A DNA stretch of 64,000 bases from NCBI RefSeq assembly GCF_032062105.1, contig NW_026921546.1, positions 62,001 to 126,000 of the forward strand, written 5' to 3'. This document shows, in pieces, positions 35,701-54,608 of this stretch. Positions within the stretch are counted from its first letter, which is position 1, and each line of letters opens with the position of its first letter. Under the pieces are notes generated by a model that searched no databases, was not told where the DNA came from, and was given only the letters and a program-made list of their open reading frames with translations. A program made the position numbers and the translations under genes. Source of the DNA: Saccostrea cucullata. Its lineage: Eukaryota.

Positions 35701-36607
35701 ATTGAGCACCGTGTAGAGACTGAACTCTCCTTAAATTAAGCCTTGTATTTGTTTTATTCTTTCAAAGATTTTATGCTTGTCATTTTAAAAAAATATGCTT
35801 TTTAGAATTTGATATTTTTACATTAGATTAATTCTTGCTTAAATTTTGGAAATCAGTTAATACTTATCTTGGATTTCTCTCTCGAGCAACAATAGTAACG
35901 TATAAATAAATACATGTAAGTATTTAAATAACGCAATTGCAATCCAAATCAAGACAAAAAAGAAACAACAAACAAAACAAAACAATAACTTTTGATGGCT
36001 TCAAAAAACCCTTTCTCATAATATTATTTAAATGTACGCACAATATTGAAAATAATGATCAAGAAATTATGAATATATATTTTGATGAACGTTTGGGGAG
36101 GCTTTCTTTCAATTAGTTGGAACTGTGTAAACATCGCTTTAATCTGAATAACATTAAATTATGGTATTAGAAAAATTTATTTCATACAATCCAAATTATT
36201 TTGTAAGTCTCCTTTAAGCGATTCAAAGACCTTTGCACAGTGTAACCGGTGGACGTGTTTTGCAGTAGGTGGATAAAACGTGATAATGTCTTCACTTTAT
36301 ATTTCTTGGAATCGTCATTAACTATCTAAAGTAATTATTTTCATTTTTCTTAAACCATCATAGATAAATCTTGATCATAGCAAAATAAATATTGATTTCA
36401 ATCTGTTGATCTTATAATTAAATATTAAAGCTATTTACACAAAGGGATAATTAGAAAATTCAACAATATAATGAACACATGACGAATCATTTTCAAAAAC
36501 CATGCTATGAAATAAAATTGAAATTTAAAGGGTAAAGATAAACATAAATTTTACTATGTCTTATAATTTTGCTACAGATGTTAATCTGATCAAATTCTAT
36601 TTGGAAG

Positions 36608-37816
36608 ATGATGAATGCAACAACTGTCCCCTTTTCTGCAGCAGCAACATCAGAGGTGAGCGCCACAGAAACAAAAACTCAAAGGTCAGGTGACGTCATA
36701 AATGCAGTCTATCCACCAATTCTCATCTTTGTTGGAGTCACGTGTAATGTACTCATCATACTGGTCATGCGCACAAAACAGTTTTGTAGACAATCAACTT
36801 CCGTCTTCATGACAACCAGTGCTGTTAATGACGCTCTAAGTTTGGTGATATCCATGACAACCCACTGGCTTTATGTTAGTTTTGATGGGATTTACTATCG
36901 AAATGATGTAAAAGGCATCTGTAAGTTCCTGGATTTTTACGGCTGGGGGAATTGTGACTTTGGTATTCTAATCACCAGTATGATGACCGTAGATAGGGCC
37001 TTAGCAATGAAGTTTCCCTTAAGGTTTAAAACAAAATCAATCACGCGAGCAAGAATTGTAGTGTTGGTGACGGTCATGATTGTTGTCGCCAAAGAATTCC
37101 ATTTCCTGATTGGATCTAACATGGTTCCAGAATCTCGGAAAGAAAGGCTTTGTGATGTTTTTCCAGAAACAGAGTCATACAAATTTTTCTGGAAGCAGGT
37201 TTGGCCTTGGCTGCATCTTGTATATCTGTCTGTGTGTTTCATCATCATCATTGGGAGTAACTCCGTTCTATTACTTCAGATACTGAAATCGTCAAATTTT
37301 CAGAAAATATTCAAGAAAACTAGCAAAAATTCCAAATTGCTTGATCAAAACAAATTCAATTACAGTACTCGGATGAGAAAACAATTGCATACCATAGCAC
37401 CTATGTTGATTGGAGAGTCCTTAGTGCTGTTATTGTTAACTTTCCCTTTCTCTGTACAATTATCAATATCAGGGTACAATCCGGAATTTTACAGTTCTCC
37501 AGATATGAGTCTATTATTCTCTGTGACGTTTTACATGCTTTACACCAATAAATGTGTTACATTTTTTGTTTACCTGGTGACTGGCGGTAAATTTAGAAAA
37601 TCACTGAAGCAGATATTCAGAAGATGGTTTAAAGGAAAGAACAGCGTGAGGAAGAGTCAGTTTAACAATTTTTCTAAGTGGTATTCAATAAAAGGAGATT
37701 TACAGACAAAGAAGCCCATCTGTAGGACCCCGAGCAGCGAGGTCTGGAACACGGGGAGCTCATTTTCATCGGACATTCAGACAGAGACAAGCTATGTTGT
37801 GTCCACACATCTGTAA
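36608..37816 (+). CDS. Rhodopsin-family (class A) GPCR, FMRFamide/sex-peptide-receptor-like or molluscan expanded chemoreceptor type
   Basis: 402-aa intact ORF with 7 hydrophobic segments; G..CN (TM1), AVND (TM2), C at start of TM3, DRA..M.FPL, LLTFP (TM6), N..VTFFVY..TG.KFR..L (TM7/H8). Acceptor TACAG at 36577; possible 5' UTR donor at 33405. Confidence 0.92.
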   Translation: MMNATTVPFSAAATSEVSATETKTQRSGDVINAVYPPILIFVGVTCNVLIILVMRTKQFCRQSTSVFMTTSAVNDALSLVISMTTHWLYVSFDGIYYRNDVKGICKFLDFYGWGNCDFGILITSMMTVDRALAMKFPLRFKTKSITRARIVVLVTVMIVVAKEFHFLIGSNMVPESRKERLCDVFPETESYKFFWKQVWPWLHLVYLSVCFIIIIGSNSVLLLQILKSSNFQKIFKKTSKNSKLLDQNKFNYSTRMRKQLHTIAPMLIGESLVLLLLTFPFSVQLSISGYNPEFYSSPDMSLLFSVTFYMLYTNKCVTFFVYLVTGGKFRKSLKQIFRRWFKGKNSVRKSQFNNFSKWYSIKGDLQTKKPICRTPSSEVWNTGSSFSSDIQTETSYVVSTHL

Positions 37817-38298
37817 ACGACTCATCAGCAGCAGCCATTCAAACAGAAAAAGCTTTGTTGTGTCCACATATCTGTAAATGAACAAAAATTGGAATGTTTG
37901 TTCAACTTTTGTTTATTCGTTTTCTGTGATTTTCATTTTATTTATATTTCGTAAAAGAGCAATATACTAGTATATTGTTGTTTGCAAAAAACTGTTTTTC
38001 TGTCGTTGTATATTTTATGATTGAAAATATGGATTCAACTGATATTTAAACACTTGAATTAAATATTAATTTTTAGTCAAAAAGGACACTTCTTATTTCA
38101 CATACTTTCTTTTTCATAATTTTACAATCTCATAAAAAGGGAACATATTTACGTATACCTGAAAGGTAAATCAAAGTACAGGTATATTTTTCTTACTTTC
38201 TCGGAGAAAATTAATAGGTTGGTATTTAAACATGTATGTCATTCGCTGGATGCCAGTTCAGCAGAATATATTATTCTGTTATCCTTGATCAGTTTAAG

Positions 38299-40360
38299 AA
38301 ATGAAACATATGGAGATAACGAACAGTATTCAAGATCAAAAACCCATCAAACAATACAAAATAGGAGCAGAGTAAACACGGACCAGAAGCCAGAGGGGTG
38401 AAGATCCCCTGTCGACAGGTCACATCCGCCGTATGCTCCTTGTCATGATCGGGAAAAAAACAGAAAAATCCGTCGTTAATTCCGTGTATAAATAATGGTC
38501 TAACTATTAGTATGAAAAACTTCATTCAGAATATGACTCAATGATAAATGTACTTGCTGACAAGAACATTGTATCGACCATAAAAGGTACAAAATGGTTA
38601 CTTTAAACGAGACAAGTGAAATTCTTGTTTCATCAACTTGTTTGACAATAATTTATCTCGTTTTAGAAATTTTTTAAACATAGATAATGTAAACTCTGTT
38701 TGCAGGTGATGAGGGTATACTGCTGCACAAGTAAAGGAAGTAGACAATAGAAAAGTTAAAGTCATCACGTTTATCATAGACCTTGGTTGTTATATTACCA
38801 TTAACGTCTTTATCAAGTAAAATAAACAAATGAGAATCAGATATAATAGATTATATGGTATCTTTTATCTCAAGCTCTTCACGATATATCGTATCGACAT
38901 AAGAATGGAAATTAACATTGTTAATTGACAATACGTCGTCGATATATCTAAATATCGAGTAGAAGGCCACAGCAAGTGTTTTCTTCTTTTCACGCATACT
39001 ATTTTGCACAAATTCTGCTTCATATGAATACAAAAATAGGTCTGCTAATAACGGGGCGGAATTGGTACCCATGGGAATTCAAATAGACTGTTAGAAAACC
39101 GGGTCTCCAAAAACAACATTGATACCGTCAGTCAGAAACTCAAGTATCTTTTTGCTATAAACTTCGGAGTACGTGTTACAATCAGAATGTTTTTAGCAAA
39201 TTTACGAGTTCCATTTTTATTGAAAAAGCAGTGTCAATGATATCAAAAAATACGTCGTCGATATATCTAAATATCGAGTAGAAGGCCACAGCAAGTGTTT
39301 TCTTCTTTTCACGCATACTATTTTGCACAAATTCTGCTTCATATGAATACAAAAATAGGTCTGCTAATAACGGGGCGGAATTGGTACCCATGGGAATTCA
39401 AATAGACTGTTAGAAAACCGGGTCTCCAAAAACAACATTGATACCGTCAGTCAGAAACTCAAGTATCTTTTTGCTATAAACTTCGGAGTACGTGTTACAA
39501 TCAGAATGTTTTAGCAAATTTACGAGTTCCATTTTTATTGAAAAAGCAGTGTCAATGATATCAAAAAGCCTGAACTTTAATTTATCGCGGGGAATGGATG
39601 ATAATTCGTAAGTTTTTAAGCTGTTGATGTTGGTGAAATCTTTTAATTTCAAATTGTCCAAAAGTTCCTTGGAATTTTTAAGTATCCACATCTGATTTAC
39701 ACCTCCTCTTGAATAATTATATTGTCACACAGTACTCTTAAAGTTCCTCAAATACTACTGTTAATTTCTTAGTGAGGAGTAAAGAAAGAGGCTTGGTTGA
39801 ACATTTACTGGAACCCGCTCTATATCTTTGTTTGTACGGATTCTTGTGAAATTTAATTGGAATCCAATTCGTATATAGTGATTCAAATTCATTTTGGTTC
39901 TTTGGGATATTAAAAACTGACATATGATTTTGAAGAATATCCTCCTTAGATAGGGAACTATGAGTATAAGTTGGATTATCACTTATGTCTTGTAGAATTA
40001 AATCCATGATCTTCTAAAATACAATTTATATAATGAGCCTTACAAATGAAGACAATGCTGTTATCTGCTTTTTCAGCGGGGACCAGTACGTACTGATCAT
40101 GTATTATATTTTGTTCTTTTTTTCACTTCTGTACTATTGAATCCAGAAGGATATATGGTTTTCACATTGCCCATCAATCTTTTGATACGAGATTTATTAT
40201 GGAATTGATACATTTCATCCATCCTGACAATGTGGCAACGTTTTTTTTTTCATATCTGGGCCATCGTCTGGCGTAATCTTCAACAGAATCCATAATATTT
40301 ATGAAATTCAAACGCAATTTGAAGGATCGGGGTTCCCTATGTTTAGGACCTTTAAGAAAA
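38299..40360 (-). mobile_element. 5'-truncated Penelope-like retroelement (Naiad type), frameshifted, with an internal 319-bp tandem duplication
   Basis: KGPK.REP; YVLVPA.KA.N; W.P.K.HKNPYKQRY.AGSSKCSTKPLS; MWILKNSKELL; MGTNSAPLLADLFLYSYE; FRYIDD; thumb; 3' UTR. Confidence 0.92.
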
Positions 40361-40519
40361 GATTAATTCTACGCATTGAAAAACTTTTTAATCGTAATTT
40401 TTCTCGTAATTGGATATTTTTCTAGAAAAGTTTTTAGTGGTAACTAACAACAAATCTTTATAATACACGTGATCAACTTTTCTACCATCAGCTTCCTTTA
40501 CTAATGTATCATTAATCCT

Positions 40520-40990
40520 GCATGTTGACTTTATTTCTCTCAGTTGATTCGATTGGCAAAATCATGCTGTTTGTCTGAATAAATTTTAAACGAGACCAGC
40601 TTTGGAAAATCAGATTGATGAAACAATTAAGGATATAATAACAGTCTTGTTTAAAATCATTATAATTGTTTAAAATCATTATTGCTTAAAATCATTATTT
40701 CGCTAGTTTTATGTTTGATATAGGACTTTGTCAGTAAATACAATCTATCATTAAGTCAAATGTTGAATGACGTTTTTCATTCTGATTGTTGGGGCATTAT
40801 CCACTATTTGAATTCTCTTTGAATATTTTTTTCTTTTTTCCCAATCATTCCAAGGAGCACACGGCGGATGTGATCAATCGGCAGGGAATTTCATCCCTAG
40901 ATGGCCCCTAATCCCACGTTTGCTGTTTTTGGAAGGTCGTGTTTTCTCCAGTCTTACTGAGCTTGACCTTTTGATACTGTTCATCACATC
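40520..40990 (+). mobile_element. Penelope-like 3' fragment in inverted orientation next to the 5' end of the 38.3-40.4 kb copy
   Basis: GATTGATGAAACAA...CAAATGTTGAATGACGTTTTTCAT...CAAGGAGCACACGGCGGATGTG. Confidence 0.75.
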
Positions 40991-41971
40991 GATATAAAAA
41001 ATCTGGATGGTGAAACTATAATCGATCAAGACAGTTTAGACTGTTTATCAACTTATTCAGTGTAAGAAAAACAATCATTAAAGTTTATATTATACATAAT
41101 TATACAGTAGAATATCTTTTTGCTTTTCCTGTATCAGAAATGGCAAATCTCAACCTTTATATTTTATGCCTTCCTCTCTGAAAATTTACTTGAAAATGCT
41201 TTAATTTGCAGGGAAAACTTTACAGAGAATGTGTCATTAGTCTAGTTAAATTACCAACATATTTAAATGTTTTGCATAAATGTAAGCAACTAATATGGTA
41301 TGACAAGATAAAGGTCACCAATTATGCAGCCGAGCTTCAGCCGCAGTTGTTTAAACATGAAGGTTATTATTTGCAGAATTTGTTTAATTATGCCTAAATT
41401 GTCAACTTACAGAACAGAATATTCTTTACAGATAATTAGGTCAGGGAACAGTTTTCCGTTTCTTGTCAATTTTGAGCAATTACGCCAGAAAACCTTACTC
41501 TTCTTGCTATCTTAAGAATAACGCTTTAAAGTCTAGCTTCTTCAACATTCACAATAAATTTACCAGTATTTCGTTTATCATACCATTTACCCATATAAGC
41601 GAATCAGCGTGGCCCAATATATACATAGCAATCATGGAAAATAGTCACATCATACAAAAAGGAAGCGTATTCTTGCTAGCTTAGAAATTAGTTTAAAAGT
41701 TAATTTTAATTTATCGACGAAATAAAAAAAGAGACATTAGCATTGACACATCAGTTTCTCATTTTTGCGTTATTTTCCGATCTGACAAGTAGCACGCGGC
41801 GGGTGTGACAGGTCGGTAGGTGATGCTCATTCATCTATGATTTTAAAAATTGAAAAGCTAAATGTATACTATAAAGGTAAAATGACTATCAAATCTAATA
41901 TATTGAGAAAACTTCATTCAAGTCAGCGTTAGTAGATTGAATGCTTGTTTCAGTTATTTAGTTTGCCGATT

Positions 41972-44702
41972 GAAGTGAAACATATGGAGATAACGAACAG
42001 TATTTAAGATCAAAATTCCATAAAACAATACAAAACAGGAGCAGAGCAAACCTGGACCTCCAAATCATCAGAGCTTGGATCAGGTGCCATGGAGGAGTGA
42101 GCATTCCCTACTGACCGGTCACACCCGCTGTGTGCTCCTTGTCATGATCGGGAAATAACGGAAAAATCCGTCGACAATTCAATATATTGATAGTGGACTA
42201 ACAATTAGTATGAAAAACATCAGTCAGCATTTGACTTAATGATAAATTGTATTTGCTGATAAGGACATTGTATAGACCATAGAACTTACGAAATGACTTT
42301 AAACGAGACTGCTGATATTCTTGGTTCATCAACTTGTTTGTCAATAACTTACCTCGTTTTAGAAATTGTTCATACGTAGAGCATGCTCTTGCGTATCGAA
42401 TCACCTCAGATGTATACACTCCGTATGCATGTGATGAATGTATATTGCTACATAAGTAAGGGAAGTTGACAATAGAAAAGTTAAAGTCAGCATGTTTATC
42501 ATATAGCTTGGTTGTTAGATTACCATTAAGTAAAATATCCAAGCAAAAAACAAATTTGTCAGACTCTGTGGTATCTTTAATCTCAAGCTCTCCAGGATAT
42601 ATCGTATCGACGTAGGAATGGAAATTACCATTGTTAATTGACAATACGTCGTCGATATATCTAAATGTCGAGTTGAAGACCACAGCAAGTGTTTTTCTTT
42701 TCTTTTTACTCATAAGATTTTGCACGAATTCTGCTTCATATGAATACATAGATATTGTCATTGAGAAACTCAAGCATCTTTTTGATGTCATCTTCAGAGT
42801 GCTTGTGTGTGCAATCAGAATGTGTTCTAACAAAATGATTTTCAAATGACCAATGACCAGGTAAGTAAATTTACCAGTTCCATTTTTATTGAAAAAGCAG
42901 CTGTCAATAATATCAAAAAGCCAGGTCTTTAATTTTTGTGGGGAATGGTTGTGTATAAAGTTGAAAAGTCTTACGTTTTTAAGCTGTTGATTTTGGTAAA
43001 GTCTTGTGATTTCAAATAGTCCAAAAGTTCCTTTTTTGAGTATCCACAGCTGATTCACACCACTTCTTGAATATCTTGTTGCACAGCACTCTTGACGTTT
43101 TTCCTTCACTACTGCCAATAGCTTAGTGAGGAGTAACGAAAGAGGCTTTGTTGAACATTTACTGGAACCCGCAATGTATCTTTTTTTTAAAGGATTCTTA
43201 TGAAGTTTCGGAATCCAATATATATAGGGTAGTTCAAATTCATTTTGGCTCTGTGGAATATTAAATATATTAAAACTGACATGATTTTGAAGAATTTCTA
43301 CCTTAGAAAGGGAAGTATGAGTATAGTACGATTACCACTTGTAGAATTATATCCAAGTTCTTATAAAATACAATTATATAATGAGCCTTACAAACGAAGA
43401 CAATGTTGTTACCTGCTTTGTCGGCAGGGACCAGTACGTACTGATCATGTAATCTATCTAATTTTTTTTTCACTTTTGGATTATTGAACACAGAAGGATA
43501 GATGGTTTTCATATTGCCCCTCAATCTTTTAATACGCGACTTTTACATGGATCTGGTACATTTAATCCATTCTGACAAGGTGTCAACGTCTTTTTTTGAT
43601 ATCTGGCCCATCGTCTGGCGTAATCTTCAACAGAATCCATAATATTTATGAAATTCCAACGCCAGTTCAAGGATTGGGGTTCCCTATATTTAGGACCTTT
43701 TAAAATAAGTTATCTAAGGTCCTCATTATGAACTATATTTACGTCATCTGTAATAACGTGTCCAGCAGGGCTATAGTTATAGGGCGAAGAAGAACATGAG
43801 CACGATGGAGGATTATATTTCAGATACTCGGTATCCGGTTAATGTAAAGTTTTTTTGTACTTGAAAAGTTTGGAAGCAATGGTCGATGTATATTTGTAGG
43901 AAATACAAGGTGTAGTCTTTAACTTGAAATATGGTGGAATACAAGACTGGACTCTTTTTTAATTTAGAATATTACTGATATTAACTGCGTCGATTCCTTT
44001 ATTGGCATATTGAAGTTTAAGGAAAACGCGGTTTGTTTTCGCTGCATTTTCTTCAGTAAAACATGCGGGTTTAAAAAACCTATTATTTGCAATATCCATA
44101 ATCACAGATCTGAGCCTATATTCTGGTAACGAGGAATCAAAAATTGGACTTTCCTAGGCCTTTTCAAAAAGACTATTTAAAAGTTTCAAAGGGACAGAGT
44201 AAATTAAGTTTGGTGCAAATATGATGTAGACCTAACTGTTGATTTCTATAAGGTAGTAATGAATCAAAAGAGACATCGTGTATTGCAGGTTTATTGTAAG
44301 ACCGATGCCCATGAGTGCGCTTACGTCTCTGTGTATGGTTAAAAAGTCCCATCACATTTACATTGTTACACTGTGGACTAGAAAGATTTCCAACACTATC
44401 GACATTGTCATTACATCCCTAGGGAAAGACTGTTCCTAGTTTTCTAACCCAAAATTCTTCTCATTGTCTACGGAGAGGTGTACTCAGCGACGGACTATTT
44501 GTGTTGTGTGGTGATAAATCTTTTGGAGAATTCTAACTTTCATTGACAAAATAGAATGATCAGGTAAATTAAAATGTTTGTAAAAAAGCTGCTGACCACC
44601 ATGATTTATTTGAAATCGATGACCTCATATTCTTTTAGTTAGTGATCCCTTGGTATCACCAACATAAACAAGTCCACACATATTACATTCTATTCCATAG
44701 AC
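41972..44702 (-). mobile_element. Near-full-length Naiad-type Penelope-like element: N-terminal GIY-YIG endonuclease, CxC linker, C-terminal RT (decayed)
   Basis: From 44702 downward: VYGIECNMCGLVYVGDTKGSLTKRI*GHR...YKHFN...EEFWVRKLGTVFP*GCN (GIY-YIG with CCHH); PPSCSC at 43802-43794; KGPKYREP; RT FRYIDD ~42660; ORF ends TDVFHTNC* at 42198. Multiple stops and frameshifts; the GTN..PLLADL motif is deleted. Confidence 0.92.
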
Positions 44703-45220
44703 AAAGATACATTGCAGGTTCCAGTAAATATTCAACCAAGCCTCTTTCTTTACTACTTACTAGATATTAACAGTAGTCAAGGAGAAACTTTAAGAGTTCT
44801 GTGTGACAATATATTCAAAAAGAGGAGTAAATCAGATGTGGATACTTAAAAATTCTAAGGAACTTTTGGACACAAAAGTACTCTGAATAATTGTCCCCGT
44901 TATTAGCAGACCTATATTTGTATTCAAGAAGCAGAATTTGTGCAAAATCTGATGCGAGAAAAAGAAGAACGTATGAACAATTTCTAAAATGAGGTAAATT
45001 ATTGACAAACATGTTGATGAAACAAGAATATCAGCAGTCTCGTTTAAAGTCATCATTTCTTAAGTTTATGGTCGATACAATGACCTTGTCAGTAAATACA
45101 ATTTACCATCGAGTCAAATGCTGACTGACACTTTTCATACTAATCCCTTGTCCATTATTGATTCACTGAATTGACAACGGATTTTTCTGCAATTTTCTGA
45201 TCATGACAAGGAGCACACTG
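44703..45220 (+). mobile_element. Inverted, internally deleted copy of the same Penelope-like family fused to the 5' end of the 42-44.7 kb element
   Basis: QRYIAGSSK...MWILKNSKELL, jump to PLLADL, jump to thumb, then 3' UTR to CAAGGAGCACAC. Confidence 0.85.
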
Positions 45221-45890
45221 AAGCAAAACCAGGTGTTGTGCTATATATGTCTTGTCTCGGTTCTGTAAGATACAATCCATCAGTGTTCATCTCCATATCC
45301 AAGATCACTTTTTCCTAGAAAATACTTTTGAAAAATATTTGCTTTTGAATTTTTTTATTTCACAATTTTATATTATCTTGTCAATGAATACATATATCAA
45401 CAATAAAAAAATTGTAACAATTAATCCAATAAAAAGAGATATCCATGTTTTAAAAGAATCATATCATAGTGTATCCACATATAAAGTAATACAAAAAACC
45501 CTCTTTATTTGATCTATAGCCCTCAAGAACATTTTTTAAATAATCATGTAAATGTACATAATGAATAAATAATATGTGTATAGTGTAATTATCTAAATAC
45601 TGAAAATGGTGCATGATTTAGCATTCCACTACTTTCTTCGTGTGATTAAAAAAGTTCAATTTAAAAAAAGTCGTCATAAAAGTAATCCTTACATAAAAAA
45701 AATCAATGGCATGAAGGTAAAAGTCACATTAACTTTGGAACTTCTCATCTTTTCATCACAGTAGTTCTGGATTGCAAAGTTTTCAACACATTTCCCATTT
45801 CAGACACAAGCATTCACAAAACCTTTCACTCAAGTATACCAAACTTGCATAGAGTGTCCACACAGTCTAATTACACATTAACTGGTCAAT

Positions 45891-52076
<6,186 letters not shown>

Positions 52077-52185
52077 TGTGAAAAAAAACTTCTGACTGCA
52101 GTTTGCGACGTTTTCTTGTGCTTCTTTTTCGCCGAAAGTTTCACCGGAAACAGAGAGTGCGACGGATTCGCGTCCTATATTTATG

Positions 52186-53357
52186 GGGTACAAGTCAAAA
52201 CGGCACCTGGTGAAAACGGCACTTAGGAAATATGCAAAACGGCACTTGAGAGTAGTCAAAACGGCACTTTAGAAAAGTCAGAACGGTACTTTTTTTTATT
52301 TTGAGAATTTGATATTGTTTATACAGAAAATGGATCTTTATGTTACATTTATAGTAATAAATGTGTATATTATTATTGATAAAAAGTTTAAAAAATATTT
52401 TAGGAAAAAAATTAAACTGATTCATTTGAAAATTATTACTAGTATACTTTTGTACAGGGGTTAGATTTTTAAAATGTATTTATATTTTAAATCATATATA
52501 TTTATTTACTACAAAAGAGATCAAATCCCAATTATATTATTATGATCCTTTGAAATTAAAAAATTTATAGTGTTGCAAATATGTATACTACTCTGTTTTG
52601 GGGGTTGCCAGTCACAGTTGACTAATTAGAAGCCAGTTAGAGTATGTTTACTAAGAATACACTTGTAGGTTTAGGAAACAAAAGACCATTTCACACCTCC
52701 CCTTCAATAATCTGTTGATCGTCAATTTGCAATCATATACAGCTACTATTGTGTATTTCTCGACAAAATGTCAAATGGATTGTACACAAGTTAGAAAAAC
52801 TTAGATAATCCTCTCGCAACTGTACATAAAATATGAGTAGCCATACAACATTTAATAATATAATAAACATGTACATACAAGAACAAAACATTTGTTTTTT
52901 TATAATGAAGATATACAATGTTGATATTGTTAAAATAATTTCTACAGAATTAGATAGAAATGTGAGATAAAGTGACTCTTACTGTAAATATTTTTTTTTT
53001 TAAATCATTTACACCATTTCTTTTTTCATATTATCAATACTACACTACAAATATAATTATTCTAAATCCCACATATTGTTGTGTTATTGCTTAAAAATAC
53101 TTCCTTTAAAAATAGGTTGAAAATAAAGCAAAATTGAAGCCACAAAAAATTCTAAAGTCAATAAAGTAAATTTTGACTTAAAAAGAACTTATGTGAAATA
53201 TATATCATAACACTATTATATACTTTTTTCTCTAAGTGCCGTTTTAACCAAGTGCCGTTTTCACTAAGTGCCGTTTTAACCAAGTGCCGTTTTGCATATT
53301 CCAGGTGCCGTTTTCACCAGGTGCCATTTTCACTAGGTGCCGTTCTAACCATAATTC
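52186..53357. mobile_element. Foldback/Mutator-like element with inverted arrays of AAAACGGCAC subterminal repeats, 8-bp TSD
   Basis: Left: 5x AAAACGG(C/T)AC. Right: 7x GTGCC(G/A)TT. TSD TATTTATG at 52178-52185 and 53358-53365. Confidence 0.85.
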
Positions 53358-53374
53358 TATTTATGTAACAGAAT

Positions 53375-53386
53375 AGTGACGTCACT
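53375..53386. promoter_or_regulatory. Palindromic CRE (AGTGACGTCACT), candidate C1orf50 promoter element
   Basis: Perfect TGACGTCA at 53377-53384, immediately outside the transposon TSD. Confidence 0.4.
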
Positions 53387-54226
53387 TAAATATTGATAAA
53401 TCGTACCTTTTCTTTTCGTTTAAATGCTCAAATTATACACTGGAATTTTACAAAATATTTTTTCACATAATGATAGAATCGGTTACGTATAAAACACAGA
53501 CTTCATAGAAACTGGGAGGATATACTAGCAAAAACCTAGAACAAAAGATTTTTTCAAATTGAAATTGTATCAGTGTATGCTTTTAATTGAAATAAAAAAG
53601 CAAAGTTAAAATGTAATAAACTTAATTTAATCCTAAATAAAACATATAACAAAATATACAGTACAAACAAACAAACAAAAAATGCAATATTCAGTGTCTG
53701 ATGTTGAAAATTACAAAGTAATTGTGTCTTAATTTTATTAACATGCATGGATAAATTGTGAAAATTTGAGAAAACTTTTACATTAGAGATATCATAATGA
53801 AGAAATTAAATAACTGAATGAAGATACACGAGGCTTAGGAGTTTTGTCGTGAGGATTGAAAAACTTACCATAATATTTTACATGTAACATCTTAACGTCA
53901 ATGTTTAGTATGAAATAATAAAAAATAATAATATAAAATAAATAGAATGTTAAAACAATATTTTGCCTTAAATACAAGATATGACTTTCAGGGGGATTTA
54001 ATCGTCGGTTGAACTATGGAAGACTGATCATGAACTTTAATTTCAGATGGTACCTTGAGTATCCTACCAACCTGATACTTGAGGAGATTTAATTATAGGG
54101 TTCCAGGTAGCACAAAACATTTTCAAAACATTTTAATGGTGTTGTTATGTAAAAAGGTTTTTTTTTCAAAACATTTCAGAATAAAAATTTTAAAAACATT
54201 TTAGTTTTATTTTCTCTTCTCATTAT

Positions 54227-54608
54227 TATGGTGGCATATTTATGCCATCCACATAATTTTTTGTCAACATAGCATATCATGTCAAGTCAAGATAACTATC
54301 TCGTCAAGTGATGAAAACTTTCAGGTTTGTCGTCAAACACCGACTTTTATCTTGTACAGTCAAGATAAGCTATCGTATTGTTGCGATAGCTATCTCGACA
54401 AAAAAAGAGATAATTTATTTTGCATCGCGAATAAATTAGATATATCGTCATGTCAAGATAGCTATTGCAACAAAATATGATAGCTATATCTTGACTAAAC
54501 AAGATATCAAGTCGGTGTTTGTCGACAAACCAGATAGTTATCTTGACTTGACATAATATGCTATGTTGATAAAAAAAATTATGTGGATGGCATTAATATG
54601 CCAGCATA
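54227..54608. mobile_element. Palindromic MITE, TATGG termini, 6-bp TSD (IS3EU-like)
   Basis: TATGGTGGCATATTTATGCCATCCACATAATTTTT / AAAAATTATGTGGATGGCATTAATATGCCAGCATA; TSD CATTAT at 54221-54226 and 54609-54614. Confidence 0.85.

Noticed and set aside
42198-43118. 306-aa ORF as a functional reverse transcriptase
   Set aside because: It changes frame relative to the RT consensus and lacks the GTN..PLLADL motif through deletion
44625-44627. In-frame TGA in the Naiad GIY-YIG domain as selenocysteine (some Naiads are selenoproteins)
   Set aside because: The same copy has TAG/TAA stops, frameshifts and another TGA explicable by CpG decay, and I identified no SECIS. Only a genome-wide consensus retaining this TGA would revive the idea.
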